A model generated the notes under the pieces. The model was not told the origin of the DNA, did no database searches, and was given only the letters and a program-made list of their open reading frames with translations. From an uncultured delta proteobacterium (lineage in GTDB: Bacteria > Myxococcota_A > Polyangia > Polyangiales > Polyangiaceae), in NCBI GenBank assembly GCA_963806225.1, contig CAWDXG010000001.1:64001-128000 (forward strand): a stretch of DNA of 64,000 nt, read 5' to 3'. The translations under genes were made by a program, and so were the position numbers. Positions 54,290 to 64,000 of this stretch are shown piece after piece. Numbering within the stretch: the stretch's first letter is position 1; each line of letters starts with the position of its first letter.

Positions 54290-55573
54290 CTACCTGTCCG
54301 CGAACTCCTCGCAGACCCACACACTGCCGTTGGGTGCGTGCACGACGCCCACGCCCACCGCGTCGAAATCCGCGTACAGGAGGTTGCCGCGGTGGGACGG
54401 GCTGGCCCACAGCGCGCGGTGCGCGCGCCTGAGCGTCCGCGCATGTGCAACGTTCTCGCCCGCGGCGTGCACCTTGATGCCGGCTGCGACGACGCGCTGT
54501 GCGGGGTTTCCGTCCCCCACGTCATGGCCGATGCGCCGGGCGCGTTGCATCGCTTCGGCGTGCGCGCGCGCGACGCTATCGAGTCGCGTGTCGCGCGTCA
54601 GCGCTGGAAGGTGTTCCGAACGCCGGGCTGCGTTGATCATCGCAATCAGCGCGGTCTGCTCGTCCGCTGCGCCGGCGGCGGCGGCTTCGCCGGGAGCCGG
54701 CTCGGCGTGGAAGCCCGGCGGCGGCGGCCCCCCGACCTGTAGCTTCGCTTCGGCGACAGGGCGCGGTCCGCCCTTCACGTCGGCCATGACCTGCACGAGC
54801 CATCCGCCCGGGCGATCGGCGTGGAAGGTGGCGCGCACCACACCCGAGTCCAGCGATGTGGTCACGCTGCGCGGCGCGCCCGTCGGCGCCAGCACGATCA
54901 CCTTGGCGCCGCTGGCCGGTACCAGCAGATGCGCCGCCACGCGCAGCCACTGTCCGGAACGGACCTGGGTGGGCAGCGGGTCCAGATCGGCCAGTGCGTC
55001 CAGCGCCAGCATGACGATGACGTGGGTGTCCGGGCCACTCGCGCTCGCGACGCCGCAGCGCCGCTTGCCGCCGTCGTTGAACGATGCGAGCCAGCGCTGC
55101 ACGCGTTCGCGCGCGTCGTTCCGGTCCAGCTTCGGTCCGGCGAGCGACCACAGTCGCGGCCACACGTAGGGCGAGCCGGCCGCGCGCAGCGCAAAGGTGG
55201 TTTCTGCAATGTCGAGCGCCGGCAGGGCGCGGGCCTGGCGTTCGGCGATGCGCGCCGCGACCGTGTCCAGCGCGGCATCACCCGTGCCGCAGAGCGTCAG
55301 CAGGTCGCGGTCGGCCGGATCGGGCGCGCCGGCGGGTTGGGGCGACCAAGTGCGGGGCTCCCAGCTGAAGCGTTCGTCGTCGGCCGGCGCAGTGGCCGGG
55401 GCGGCAGTGGGACGCGCCGGTGCAGGCTCGGCGGAAGCTGCCGTCGGCGGCGGGGAGACCGGGAGCGCCGCCGCCTGACCCGGCGCACAGCCCGTCCCGA
55501 AGCCCAGCGTCAGGGCGACGGAAAGCCAACCGAGGGCGGCTCCAGTCCAGCCGCGACGCCAGGCAATCCGCAT
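54290..55573 (-). CDS. CAP (SCP) domain lipoprotein
   Basis: 'INAAR..L..L..D..L..VARAHA', 'GENVA', 'SPSHRGNLL', 'VGVGV'. Confidence 0.88.
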   Translation of the reverse strand: MRIAWRRGWTGAALGWLSVALTLGFGTGCAPGQAAALPVSPPPTAASAEPAPARPTAAPATAPADDERFSWEPRTWSPQPAGAPDPADRDLLTLCGTGDAALDTVAARIAERQARALPALDIAETTFALRAAGSPYVWPRLWSLAGPKLDRNDARERVQRWLASFNDGGKRRCGVASASGPDTHVIVMLALDALADLDPLPTQVRSGQWLRVAAHLLVPASGAKVIVLAPTGAPRSVTTSLDSGVVRATFHADRPGGWLVQVMADVKGGPRPVAEAKLQVGGPPPPGFHAEPAPGEAAAAGAADEQTALIAMINAARRSEHLPALTRDTRLDSVARAHAEAMQRARRIGHDVGDGNPAQRVVAAGIKVHAAGENVAHARTLRRAHRALWASPSHRGNLLYADFDAVGVGVVHAPNGSVWVCEEFADR

Positions 55574-55684
55574 ACCTGCGAATCCTAGTCCATGCCCCGG
55601 CCCCAGACCCGCCGCGAGCTGGATTTTCCCCCTGAAGTCGACCGCCGGCCGCCCACTTGGTAGGGTGAACGGGCTTGGTTTGAC

Positions 55685-57154
55685 ATGCGTCGGTACAGCA
55701 CAGCCGCGAAGGTCGGGCTCTTCACCGTCGTCACGGTCGTCGCCGGTCTGTTGATCTACCGGTTTGTCACCAAGTCCGCGGTCAACGGCGAGGGGTACAC
55801 GGTCTACGCGCTGTTCCACGACGCCACGGGCATCGCGAAGCACTCGCAGGTCAAGATGGCGGGCATCCCCGTCGGCGAGATCAGCGACATCCGGCTCGAC
55901 CACGGTAGGGCCCGGATCGACATCCGGATGCGCTCGGACATTCCGCTCTACGACGATGCGACCGTGTCCAAGGTCGCCACCAGCCTGCTCGGCGAGTACT
56001 TCCTGGCCGTCGCGCCGGGGACCGAGGGCAAGCGCCAGCTCGAGGATGGCGATCGCATCAAGCACGTCATCGAGGCGGCGACCACCGACAAGATCCTCAA
56101 GGACGTCTCGGACATCGCCGCCGACGTGAAGAAGGTCACCGCGAGCCTGGCAGGCAGCGTCGGCACCCAGAAGGGCGAAAAGAACCTCAAGGATACGCTC
56201 CAGAACCTGGCGGACGTCACCGACGCCCTCAACAAGACCGTCCGCGAGAACCGCGACAGCATCAAGAACATCCTCAACAACGTCGAGCGCATCACCTCCA
56301 AGGGCGAGCCGAAGGTTACGAAGATCCTCGACAACGTCCAGCAGACGACGAAGGAAGTCCGCGAGCTGGTGGCCAAGGGCAAGGACGGTCAGCCCGCCAG
56401 CGCGGGGCAGGTGCAGCAGATCATCGAGAAGGTCAACCGCGCGAGCAGCAGCCTCGAGCGCGCCATGGCCAACATCGACGAGGTGACCGGCCGGGTCAAC
56501 CGCGGGCAGGGGACGCTGGGCAAGCTGACGAAGGACGAGAAGCTCATCGACGAGGTGCAGGGCGTGGCCGAAGGGGTGGGCGAGTTCGTCGGCGGCCTGC
56601 ACCGGCTGCAGACGATCGTCGGGCTCAGGACGGACTACCAGTTCCTGTCCAGCACGGTGAAGAGCTACGTGTCGCTGCGCCTCCAGCCGCGTGAGGACAA
56701 GTACTACCTGATCCAGATCGTCAACGATCCGCGCGGCCTGACCAGCTTCCAGCAGATCGACGTCGATACGACCAATCCCAACCAGCCGGCGCACTATCGT
56801 GAAGTGCGCACGGTCACCAGCAACTCGTTCCGCTTCACTCTGCAGTTCGCGCAGCGCTTCGGCCCGTTCACTGGGCGGTTCGGCATCATGGAATCCACGG
56901 GTGGCGTGGGGCTGGACACGAATCTCTTCGACGATCGCTTCGAGCTGCAGCAGGATCTCTTTGGCTTCGGCGAGGTGGTGCTGCCGCGCTGGCGCGTCTC
57001 GCTGGGCTACGAGTTCGTCAAACGGTTGTGGCTGCTCGGCGGCGTGGACGACATCCTGAGCCCCGACCGTCGCGACTACTTCGTCGGGCTGCAGCTCAGG
57101 TTCAACGACGAGGACCTCAAGACCATCCTGCCCTTCGCGCCCGCCAAGCCTTAG
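55685..57154 (+). CDS. MlaD/MCE family protein with coiled coil and C-terminal beta-rich domain
   Basis: 'KVGLF', 'F.DATG....SQV.MAGIPVGEI', 'SLLGEY', 'GTLGKL'. Confidence 0.9.
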   Translation: MRRYSTAAKVGLFTVVTVVAGLLIYRFVTKSAVNGEGYTVYALFHDATGIAKHSQVKMAGIPVGEISDIRLDHGRARIDIRMRSDIPLYDDATVSKVATSLLGEYFLAVAPGTEGKRQLEDGDRIKHVIEAATTDKILKDVSDIAADVKKVTASLAGSVGTQKGEKNLKDTLQNLADVTDALNKTVRENRDSIKNILNNVERITSKGEPKVTKILDNVQQTTKEVRELVAKGKDGQPASAGQVQQIIEKVNRASSSLERAMANIDEVTGRVNRGQGTLGKLTKDEKLIDEVQGVAEGVGEFVGGLHRLQTIVGLRTDYQFLSSTVKSYVSLRLQPREDKYYLIQIVNDPRGLTSFQQIDVDTTNPNQPAHYREVRTVTSNSFRFTLQFAQRFGPFTGRFGIMESTGGVGLDTNLFDDRFELQQDLFGFGEVVLPRWRVSLGYEFVKRLWLLGGVDDILSPDRRDYFVGLQLRFNDEDLKTILPFAPAKP

Positions 57155-57270
57155 CTCATCCCCGATATCTCGAGTAGGCGGCGACGCCCACGTCGTGCTC
57201 TATCTCCGCGCCTGGGCGGACCTGCTCGAGGCTGCGCTGCCTCGCGTGGACGCACGGCGCGTCGTCTGAC

Positions 57271-59319
57271 TCACGTCGACGATGCCGGCGGCGCATCGCT
57301 GGGGTAGGCGACCCAACCGAGGTGCTTCGCTGTGACGAGCGCGGCGGCGGCCTCGTTCAGGGAGATGACGCGCGAGTTGGGCGTAGGATGGTGCGCAGCG
57401 ATGCGCGCCAGCGCGCCATCGACCGTTGGCGGCTCCTCCATGAGCCCGGCGACAAGCTGGAGCGAGACGGGAGCAGTGCCCCGCTCGTGGCTGTCCGAAA
57501 CCAGTCCGGCGCGGGGACCGGGCAGGAGCCGCACGTCGCCGCGCGGCAACAGCGAGCGCGGCTTGCCGTGCGAGGCCACGTACGTTCCGGCCATCATCGG
57601 GCTCGCGAGATCCAGATCCAGCGGGAACTCCACGCGCGCCGGCAGGGTGCCGCGATAGAAGGTGACGTTGGCGCGCGGCCAGCCGCACATGGCCGCGACG
57701 CGATCGCGCCCCTGGTTGCGGATGGCGCGGAACACGTCGACCGCGTCGACCATCCCCATGCTGATGAGCGTGTCGCCGAGCCGGCCGCCGAAGCGGCTCA
57801 ACGCGGACAACGCTTCGTCGAGCTGCTGCCGCGACAGCGCGCGTCGCCGCACCAGGTATTCGCCGAGCAGCTCGTTCCTGTCGGTGGAGGCCACGTGCGT
57901 CAGACGGCCTTCGCCGAGGTACAGCTCCTTGCGGCGCGGCGCGCCCGTCGCGTCCCGGCGCTCGACGAACAGCGCGCCGCTTTCCCGGGTGGCGCGCAGG
58001 TGCGCGAGCACGTCGAGCATCGGCGTCTGGGCCAGCTGGGCGCGGTAGTCGGGCACGCCGGGTTGGAACAGCCGTCCTGTCGTCGCGCTCGTCGAGGGCA
58101 GGAGATGTCGCGCCAGTTCTTCGATTTCCTGGATGGCGCAGAACTCGCTTCCCATCAGTGCGACCTTGTCGTCGCCCATCAGCTCGCCCGTCGCGATCAT
58201 CTCGATCAGGCGCGAGAAGGGCACGTCCTCGTAGGTGCGTCCGGACACCGTGAGCACCTGCGACAGGCCCGTGTCCGGATGCTCCGACGCCGCGTCAGCC
58301 GAGCCCCCGACGTCGACCGCTCGCATCCGCTGCATCGAGTCGCGGATGCGCCCTTCAAGCTGCCGGGCGAGCTCGGTCGAATCGCGCGCCCAGCCCACCC
58401 ACTCGCTGAGCTCCTGGCGGAGCTCGTCATCGGTGGGCGTCTGGAACGGCGCGAGCGCCGCCGACAGCTCGGCGGCGCTCCCGAAGCGCTGATCGGGGTC
58501 GCGCGCCAGCGCGTGCTCGCAGACGGCCATCAGCTTCGCGTCGACCGGTGGCGACGCCCGGCGCAGAGGCTCGATGTTCACGTCGCGGATGGCCAGGAGC
58601 ACCGCGAGCTGCCCGCTGCCGGGGAAGATGCGCGCGCCGATGAGCATCTCCCCGAACACGGCCGCCATCGCGAACAGGTCGGCGCGGTGATCGAATGGCT
58701 CGCCCGCCACTTGCTCCGGAGCGAGGTAGCCGAACTTGCCCTTCAAACCGGCGGAGGGCTGGGCCGGACCGGTGTGCTGGCGCACCCGCGCGATGCCGAA
58801 GTCGCCGAGCTTCACCGAGCCGTCCAGCGACAGATAGATGTTCGAAGGGGTTACGTCGCGGTGGACGATGTGCAGCGGGTTGCCGCTGTCGTCGCACGCG
58901 GCGTGGACTGCGCCGAGCGCGTCGCAGAGCTGCCGGGCGATGTACGTCGCCAGCCCGACGGGCATGCGCCGCTGCTCCGATTCGGCGCGCCGGAGCAGGC
59001 GGTACAGATCGAGGCCCTCGACGTACTCCATCGCCAGGTACGGCTCGTCGCCGACCATGCCCGCGCCGTACACGGTCACCACGTTCGGGTGGACGACCGC
59101 GCGGTGCAGCTCCGCTTCACGGCCGAGCACGCCGAACTGTTCGTCCTTCTGGTTGGACGGCAGCAGCCGCTTGACCACGAAGCGCGGCGCGGGCCGGTCG
59201 CCCCGCTTGGGGAGCGCCAGGAAGACCTCGGCGCTCCCGCCCACGGCGAGCCGTTTTTCGAGCAGGAACGGGCCGAAGGGCGTGGGGCCGGCGCGCTCCC
59301 CCGTGTGGTCGGAGTCCAC
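57271..59319 (-). CDS. Ser/Thr protein kinase with C-terminal DUF4388-like domain
   Basis: 'HRDVTPSN', 'DFG', 'GKFGYLAPEQ', C-terminal 'LGEYLVRR..RLGDTL'. Confidence 0.92.
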   Translation of the reverse strand: MDSDHTGERAGPTPFGPFLLEKRLAVGGSAEVFLALPKRGDRPAPRFVVKRLLPSNQKDEQFGVLGREAELHRAVVHPNVVTVYGAGMVGDEPYLAMEYVEGLDLYRLLRRAESEQRRMPVGLATYIARQLCDALGAVHAACDDSGNPLHIVHRDVTPSNIYLSLDGSVKLGDFGIARVRQHTGPAQPSAGLKGKFGYLAPEQVAGEPFDHRADLFAMAAVFGEMLIGARIFPGSGQLAVLLAIRDVNIEPLRRASPPVDAKLMAVCEHALARDPDQRFGSAAELSAALAPFQTPTDDELRQELSEWVGWARDSTELARQLEGRIRDSMQRMRAVDVGGSADAASEHPDTGLSQVLTVSGRTYEDVPFSRLIEMIATGELMGDDKVALMGSEFCAIQEIEELARHLLPSTSATTGRLFQPGVPDYRAQLAQTPMLDVLAHLRATRESGALFVERRDATGAPRRKELYLGEGRLTHVASTDRNELLGEYLVRRRALSRQQLDEALSALSRFGGRLGDTLISMGMVDAVDVFRAIRNQGRDRVAAMCGWPRANVTFYRGTLPARVEFPLDLDLASPMMAGTYVASHGKPRSLLPRGDVRLLPGPRAGLVSDSHERGTAPVSLQLVAGLMEEPPTVDGALARIAAHHPTPNSRVISLNEAAAALVTAKHLGWVAYPSDAPPASST

Positions 59320-59474
59320 GAGGCAGCATTATGAGCGCGTTGTCTCCTGCGCAGAAGCCCGGAGCGGGCTCGCGCAGCAATACGCCGGATCCTGCGCTGT
59401 ATTTCACCGTCTGCCGCCGCCGGGGCGAAGCACCTGGCCGAATGCCGGGCCTTGATCTCAGATCGGACCAGCCC

Positions 59475-61097
59475 ATGGTTCCGCGGCAGACAAGTCGCCC
59501 GCTCGCCCTGCTCGCCGCGTGTGCGCTGGCTATCGCCGCCCTCGGCGCGAGCTGCAAGAGCAGCCACAAGCCCGCATCGGCGCCGCCGAAGACGCCCAGC
59601 ATCCGCCTGTACGTGATTTCCACATTGGCGGGCGCGCTCGAGCCCTGCGGCTGCGTCAAGGACATGCTCGGCGGCATCCAGCACGCCGCCGGCTACGTGG
59701 ACGGGAAGTCCTCCGATGCTCCGCATAGCCTGGTGGTCGGTGCGGGGCCGATGCTGTTCGAGGACCCGCACCTCGAAGCCACGAGCCGTGTGCAGGACGA
59801 GTACAAGGCCGAAGCGCTGGCTGCGTCGCTGCATGACATGCGCATGGCGGCGTGGGCGCCGGGGCTGAACGACTGGGCGGCGGGGGCCGGCAAGCTCGCG
59901 GCGCTGGCGAAGGCATCCGGCGCGCACCTGCTCGCCGCAAACCTAGAGGGGGCGAAAGCCGGCGCCGCGGCCAGCACCGTGACCGAGGTGGGCGGGTACA
60001 AGGTCGGGTTGGCCGGCGTGAGCGATCCGGCACAGGCGGGCCAGCGGCCCGACGGAGTGAAGGCGTCCGATCCCGCCACCGCGTTGAAGAAGGCGCTCGC
60101 GGCGCTCGACAGCCAGGGTGCCCAGGTGCGCGTCGCGCTGGTGGCGCTGCCGCGCGGCGAGGCGCTGCGTCTGGCCGAGCGCGTCAAGGGCTTCGACGTG
60201 ATGGTTGTCGGCAGGCCGTTCGACGAGGGAGACGGCAACAACCCGCCGACCCCGCCGGTGCTGGTCGGCGGCACGCTGGTGGTACAGGGGCCGAACCACC
60301 TCACGGGCGTCGCTGTGGTCGACCTGTACGTGCGCGGCAAGAGCTTCGACTTCCGCGACGGCTCGGGTATCGAGAAGGCCGCCGAGCGCCAGAGCCTCGA
60401 GGAGCGCATCGCGGACCTCGAGCGCCGTCTCTCCAGGTGGTCGAAGGCGGGCAGCACCGTGAAGAAGTCCGATCTCGATGCGCGGCGCGCCGATCTCGCC
60501 CGGATGAAGCAGAAGCTCGCCCGCCTCGGCAGGACGAAGGCGCCGGCCAAGGGCAGCTTCTTCCGCTATCAGCTGGTCCCGGTCAAGGAGAGCCTGGGGG
60601 CGGACAAGGCCGTCGCTGCGCGGATGGACAGCTACTACCGCCGCGTCAACGAGCACAACCGCATCGCGTTCAAGGACAAGACCGCGCCACCGGTTCCCGA
60701 AGGGGAAAGCGGCTACGTCGGTGTCGACGTGTGCAGCACCTGCCACAAGGCCGAGCGCAAGTTCTGGAACACCATGGCGCACGCGGGCGCGTACGCGGTC
60801 CTGGCCAAGGAGCACAAGCAGTACAACCTCGACTGCGTGGGTTGCCATGTCACCGGCTACAACCAGCCTGGTGGTTCCACGGTCACGCACGTCGACAAGC
60901 TCGAAAACGTGCAGTGCGAGGTCTGCCACGGTCCCGGCTCGCGCCACGTGAAAAGCCCCGCCAATCCCGACTTCATCGTGAAGAAGCCGGACAAGAGCCT
61001 GTGCGCCGACAAGTGCCACCACGCGCCCCACGTGGGCAAGGACTGGGACGTGAACGAGGCGCTTGGTCGCATCATCGGGCCCGGCCACGGGGCTTGA
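59475..61097 (+). CDS. 5'-nucleotidase-like N-terminus fused to a multiheme cytochrome c (c554-like)
   Basis: Lipobox 'GASC', 'LEPCGC....GG', heme motifs CSTCH, CVGCH, CEVCH and CADKCH. Confidence 0.85.
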   Translation: MVPRQTSRPLALLAACALAIAALGASCKSSHKPASAPPKTPSIRLYVISTLAGALEPCGCVKDMLGGIQHAAGYVDGKSSDAPHSLVVGAGPMLFEDPHLEATSRVQDEYKAEALAASLHDMRMAAWAPGLNDWAAGAGKLAALAKASGAHLLAANLEGAKAGAAASTVTEVGGYKVGLAGVSDPAQAGQRPDGVKASDPATALKKALAALDSQGAQVRVALVALPRGEALRLAERVKGFDVMVVGRPFDEGDGNNPPTPPVLVGGTLVVQGPNHLTGVAVVDLYVRGKSFDFRDGSGIEKAAERQSLEERIADLERRLSRWSKAGSTVKKSDLDARRADLARMKQKLARLGRTKAPAKGSFFRYQLVPVKESLGADKAVAARMDSYYRRVNEHNRIAFKDKTAPPVPEGESGYVGVDVCSTCHKAERKFWNTMAHAGAYAVLAKEHKQYNLDCVGCHVTGYNQPGGSTVTHVDKLENVQCEVCHGPGSRHVKSPANPDFIVKKPDKSLCADKCHHAPHVGKDWDVNEALGRIIGPGHGA

Positions 61098-61195
61098 GCG
61101 TTCGCCCACGGCGGATTTCCCGGCAATGTCGGGCCGGCGGTGCGCATGGGCTCGAAATCGGCCCTGCATGATCTAACATGCTTGTCTGAGGCCCG

Positions 61196-61921
61196 ATGCC
61201 CTCCGTCCAACACGCGCGCAAGGAAGTTCTGCTCAAGCTCGTCTATTACGGGCCTGGCCTCGGCGGCAAGACCACGAACCTCGAGTTCATCCACGCCCGC
61301 AGTAACCCCGAGCACCGCGGGCGCCTGCTCAGCTTGAATACCGAGACCGAGCGAACGCTGTTCTTCGATCTCCTGCCCGTCGATCTGGGCACCTTCAAGG
61401 GCTACAAGATCCGCCTGCACCTGTGCACCGTGCCGGGGCAGGTGGCGTACGACCGCACCCGGCAGCTCATCCTCAAGAACGTGGACGGCGTGGTGTTCGT
61501 CGTCGATAGCCAGCCCGCTGCCGTGGAGAAGAACGCCGAGAGCCTGGCGAACCTCGCCACGAATCTGAGGCTCCAGGACGTCGATCCGGAGCGGGTCCCT
61601 GTGGTGGTCCAGTACAACAAGCGGGACCTGTTCGGCGTACTGGACGCGGGTGAGCTGCGCATCGCGCTGGGCATCCCGGCGCGCGTTCCCGAGATCGAGG
61701 CTTCGGCGAGGTACGGGCAGGGCGTCTTCGAGACGCTGAAGACCATCGTCAAGGAGTGCATGCGGCTGGTCGGGGATCCCGCCACGCTGCCCGAGGGGCG
61801 CACGCCGTCAATCCTCCCCGGTCACCGCGCGTCCATGTATCCAGGGGCCACGCCTCCTCCGTCCATCGCGCTGCCCAAGGCGCCGCGCGTACCGCGCATT
61901 CCCGGCGATTCGGAAGGCTAG
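61196..61921 (+). CDS. mglA: MglA-family small GTPase with Pro-rich C-terminal extension
   Basis: 'KLVYYGPGLGGKTTNL', 'ERTLFFDLLP', 'TVPGQ', 'QYNKRDL'. Probably a paralog, since no mglB is adjacent. Confidence 0.88.
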   Translation: MPSVQHARKEVLLKLVYYGPGLGGKTTNLEFIHARSNPEHRGRLLSLNTETERTLFFDLLPVDLGTFKGYKIRLHLCTVPGQVAYDRTRQLILKNVDGVVFVVDSQPAAVEKNAESLANLATNLRLQDVDPERVPVVVQYNKRDLFGVLDAGELRIALGIPARVPEIEASARYGQGVFETLKTIVKECMRLVGDPATLPEGRTPSILPGHRASMYPGATPPPSIALPKAPRVPRIPGDSEG

Positions 61922-61944
61922 AGGGTCCGGGTTAGGCTCGGGGC

Positions 61945-62847
61945 ATGAAGCAACTGGTGCCCGACGCCGCCCACGGCGTTCTTTCGACCACCCTGACCAG
62001 GATCGGCGACACCCCGGTCACGCTCGCCACGCTGATCACCATGGTCGTGGTCGTGGCAGCCACGTTCATCTTCTCGCGGCTCGTGCGGTTGGCGATCCGG
62101 CGCGCGCTGGAGCGCCGCGGCGTGGAAGTCGAGCACGGTGGCATGACCGCAGTGGGCAGGCTGGTCCACTACGTGATCGTGCTCATCGGTCTGGGCGTGG
62201 CGCTCCAGACCGCCGGCATCAAGCTGGGCGCGCTGTTCGCCGCTGGAGCCGTGTTCGCCGTGGGCATCGGTTTCGCGATGCAGAACATCGCGCAGAATTT
62301 CGTCTCGGGGGTGATTCTGCTGGTGGAGCGCACCATCAAGCCCGGCGACGTCGTGGAGGTGGAGGGCACGCTGGTGCGCGTCGTCGAGATGGGCATCCGC
62401 AGTACGCTGGTGCGTTCGCGCGACGAGGAGGACATGATTGTCCCGAACTCCAAGCTGGTGCAGACCACCGTCAAGAACTACACGCTCAGTGATCAGCTCT
62501 ATCGCCTGCGCGTAGGCGTCGGCGTGACCTACGACTCGGACATGGCGCTGGTGCGCAGCACGCTGGAACAGGTCGCGGACCGGATCGAATGGCGCGACAA
62601 GGATCGCGAGCCGGTGGTGTTGATGGCCGACTTCGGCAGCTCGTCGGTCGACTTCGAGCTGAGCGTGTGGAGCAGCGATGCCTGGAACCAGAAGGCCCGC
62701 CGATCGCAGGTGCGCGAGGCTATCTGGTGGGCGCTCAAGGAGCAGGGCATCGTGATCGCGTTCCCGCAGCTGGACCTGCACCTGGACCCGCCGGTGATCG
62801 AGTCGCTTGGCGGGCTCGGCAAGCGGGCCCCCGCGCTGCCGTCGTGA
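61945..62847 (+). CDS. mscS: Small-conductance mechanosensitive channel
   Basis: 'GIGFAMQNIAQNFVSG', 'KPGD', 'VPNS', 'DFGSSSVDF', 'IAFPQ'. Confidence 0.92.
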   Translation: MKQLVPDAAHGVLSTTLTRIGDTPVTLATLITMVVVVAATFIFSRLVRLAIRRALERRGVEVEHGGMTAVGRLVHYVIVLIGLGVALQTAGIKLGALFAAGAVFAVGIGFAMQNIAQNFVSGVILLVERTIKPGDVVEVEGTLVRVVEMGIRSTLVRSRDEEDMIVPNSKLVQTTVKNYTLSDQLYRLRVGVGVTYDSDMALVRSTLEQVADRIEWRDKDREPVVLMADFGSSSVDFELSVWSSDAWNQKARRSQVREAIWWALKEQGIVIAFPQLDLHLDPPVIESLGGLGKRAPALPS

Positions 62848-62887
62848 AGGCTGGCGCGTGCCGGCGTTGCGATCTACGACGCCCGTG

Positions 62888-63508
62888 ATGAAGGAGCAGC
62901 AGAGCCGGGCGCTCCTGCCCGGAGAGCAGGCCGAGGCGGCGCGGGTGCTTTCGCGCGCTTTCCGCGACAATCCGTCGAGTTGCGCATTTCTGCCGGGGCA
63001 GGACGCCGAGCAGCGCGTGCGCTCGCTCTGGCGTGTGTTCCGCGGGCTTGTCGAGGCGACGCTGCGCCACGGCTCGGTCCGCGTGGTCGAGGAAGGAGAC
63101 GCGCTCGCGGGCGTATCGCTGTCGTTCGCGCCGGGGTGCTTCCCGCCGCCGCGCCGCGCCTTCGCCTTTCTCGCCTATGGGCCGATCACCGCCGGTCCGC
63201 GCGCCGCGCTGCGCTATGCGCTAGCCGACGCCTGGATGCGCCGCCACCATCCGCGAAAACCGCACCAGTATCTGTTCGTGCTCGGCGTCGAGCCCAGAAT
63301 GCAGGGCCGCGGCGTCGGCGGCACGCTGCTCCGGCGTCTGTCTGCCACCGCCGACCGGGAGGGCGTGCCCTGCTACCTGGAGACGGACAAGGAGACGAGC
63401 GTGCGGCTCTACCAGCATCACGGCTACGAGATCGTCCGCGACGAGACCCAGCGCCTGATGGACAACCTGCGCTTCTGGACGATGCAGCGCCCGGCGGCGC
63501 CGCGCTAG
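62888..63508 (+). CDS. GNAT family N-acetyltransferase
   Basis: 'YLFVLGVEP.MQGRGVG..LL', 'CYLET', 'LYQHHGY'. Confidence 0.9.
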   Translation: MKEQQSRALLPGEQAEAARVLSRAFRDNPSSCAFLPGQDAEQRVRSLWRVFRGLVEATLRHGSVRVVEEGDALAGVSLSFAPGCFPPPRRAFAFLAYGPITAGPRAALRYALADAWMRRHHPRKPHQYLFVLGVEPRMQGRGVGGTLLRRLSATADREGVPCYLETDKETSVRLYQHHGYEIVRDETQRLMDNLRFWTMQRPAAPR

Positions 63509-63513
63509 CGCGG

Positions 63514-64000
63514 TCAGCGCGCGATCGGCGCGACGCGCGATTTCAGGAACGCGATGACGTCGTCGTGGTCGCGTTCGGGCGCACCGGGCAGCGCCACGAA
63601 CGCTTTCGCGAGCCGGTTCCAGCGCCCGAGCATCAGCAAGAGCCACACCTGGAAGAAGTCGATGCCGTCGAACACGATGGCATCCTGTCGGCCGTACTCT
63701 TCCATGTTGTCGGCGAACTCCGCCGGGTAGTCGCTCCAGTGGCAGCGGGCGCGAACGTGGTGGTGGATGTGGTAGCCGTCGTTGAAGCAGCGGCGGTTGT
63801 AGCGGGTGTTGATGCAGGTGATGCTGTTCAGATAGGCGTTGCCCGGATCGCTGCCGTCGACAAAGGCGTGTTGACCCCAGTTGCCCATCATCATCAGCAT
63901 GCGCACGAACACGACCGGGAATACGAACACGACCAGCGTCGGCAGTGGGCGGAGCCAGAGTAGGACCGCGACGACGCTCCAGAACGTCAGCTCGCCGATC
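63514..64000 (-). CDS. Fatty acid desaturase family protein (5' partial)
   Basis: 'GNWGQHAF' and His-box 'FNDGYHIHHH'. Confidence 0.85.
   Translation of the reverse strand, partial: IGELTFWSVVAVLLWLRPLPTLVVFVFPVVFVRMLMMMGNWGQHAFVDGSDPGNAYLNSITCINTRYNRRCFNDGYHIHHHVRARCHWSDYPAEFADNMEEYGRQDAIVFDGIDFFQVWLLLMLGRWNRLAKAFVALPGAPERDHDDVIAFLKSRVAPIAR

Overview
High-GC bacterial window that looks myxobacterial, probably Polyangiaceae-like. The indicators are a MYXO-CTERM protein, an MglA-family GTPase, Gly-rich lipoproteins, a TPR/PEGA-type protein and Hanks-type kinases. The standout is an apparent three-gene operon at 24292-26554. It encodes (1) a profilin-like protein with a twin-arginine (Tat) signal, (2) a Cys-rich secreted protein with a very basic tail, and (3) an intron-less, full-length eukaryote-type actin (about 70% identical to beta-actin in my hand alignment against the sequence recalled from memory). 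The actin's D-loop/pointed-end surface is selectively altered, while its barbed-end/profilin-binding face is conserved. The window also holds a cyclic-nucleotide signalling operon (1-5998) and an accessory mosaic (6.1-20.7 kb) with IS91/ISCR-like remnants, two TA modules and an internally deleted group II intron inserted in an inverted repeat. Further along are an ABC transporter, an ApbE/ferric-reductase flavinylation locus, a GT-C glycosylation cluster and envelope/housekeeping genes (rpmG, OmpA, MlaD, multiheme cytochrome, mglA-like, MscS). Several apparent single-base frameshifts suggest indel errors in the assembly. All family calls come from motif recognition; no database searches were run.
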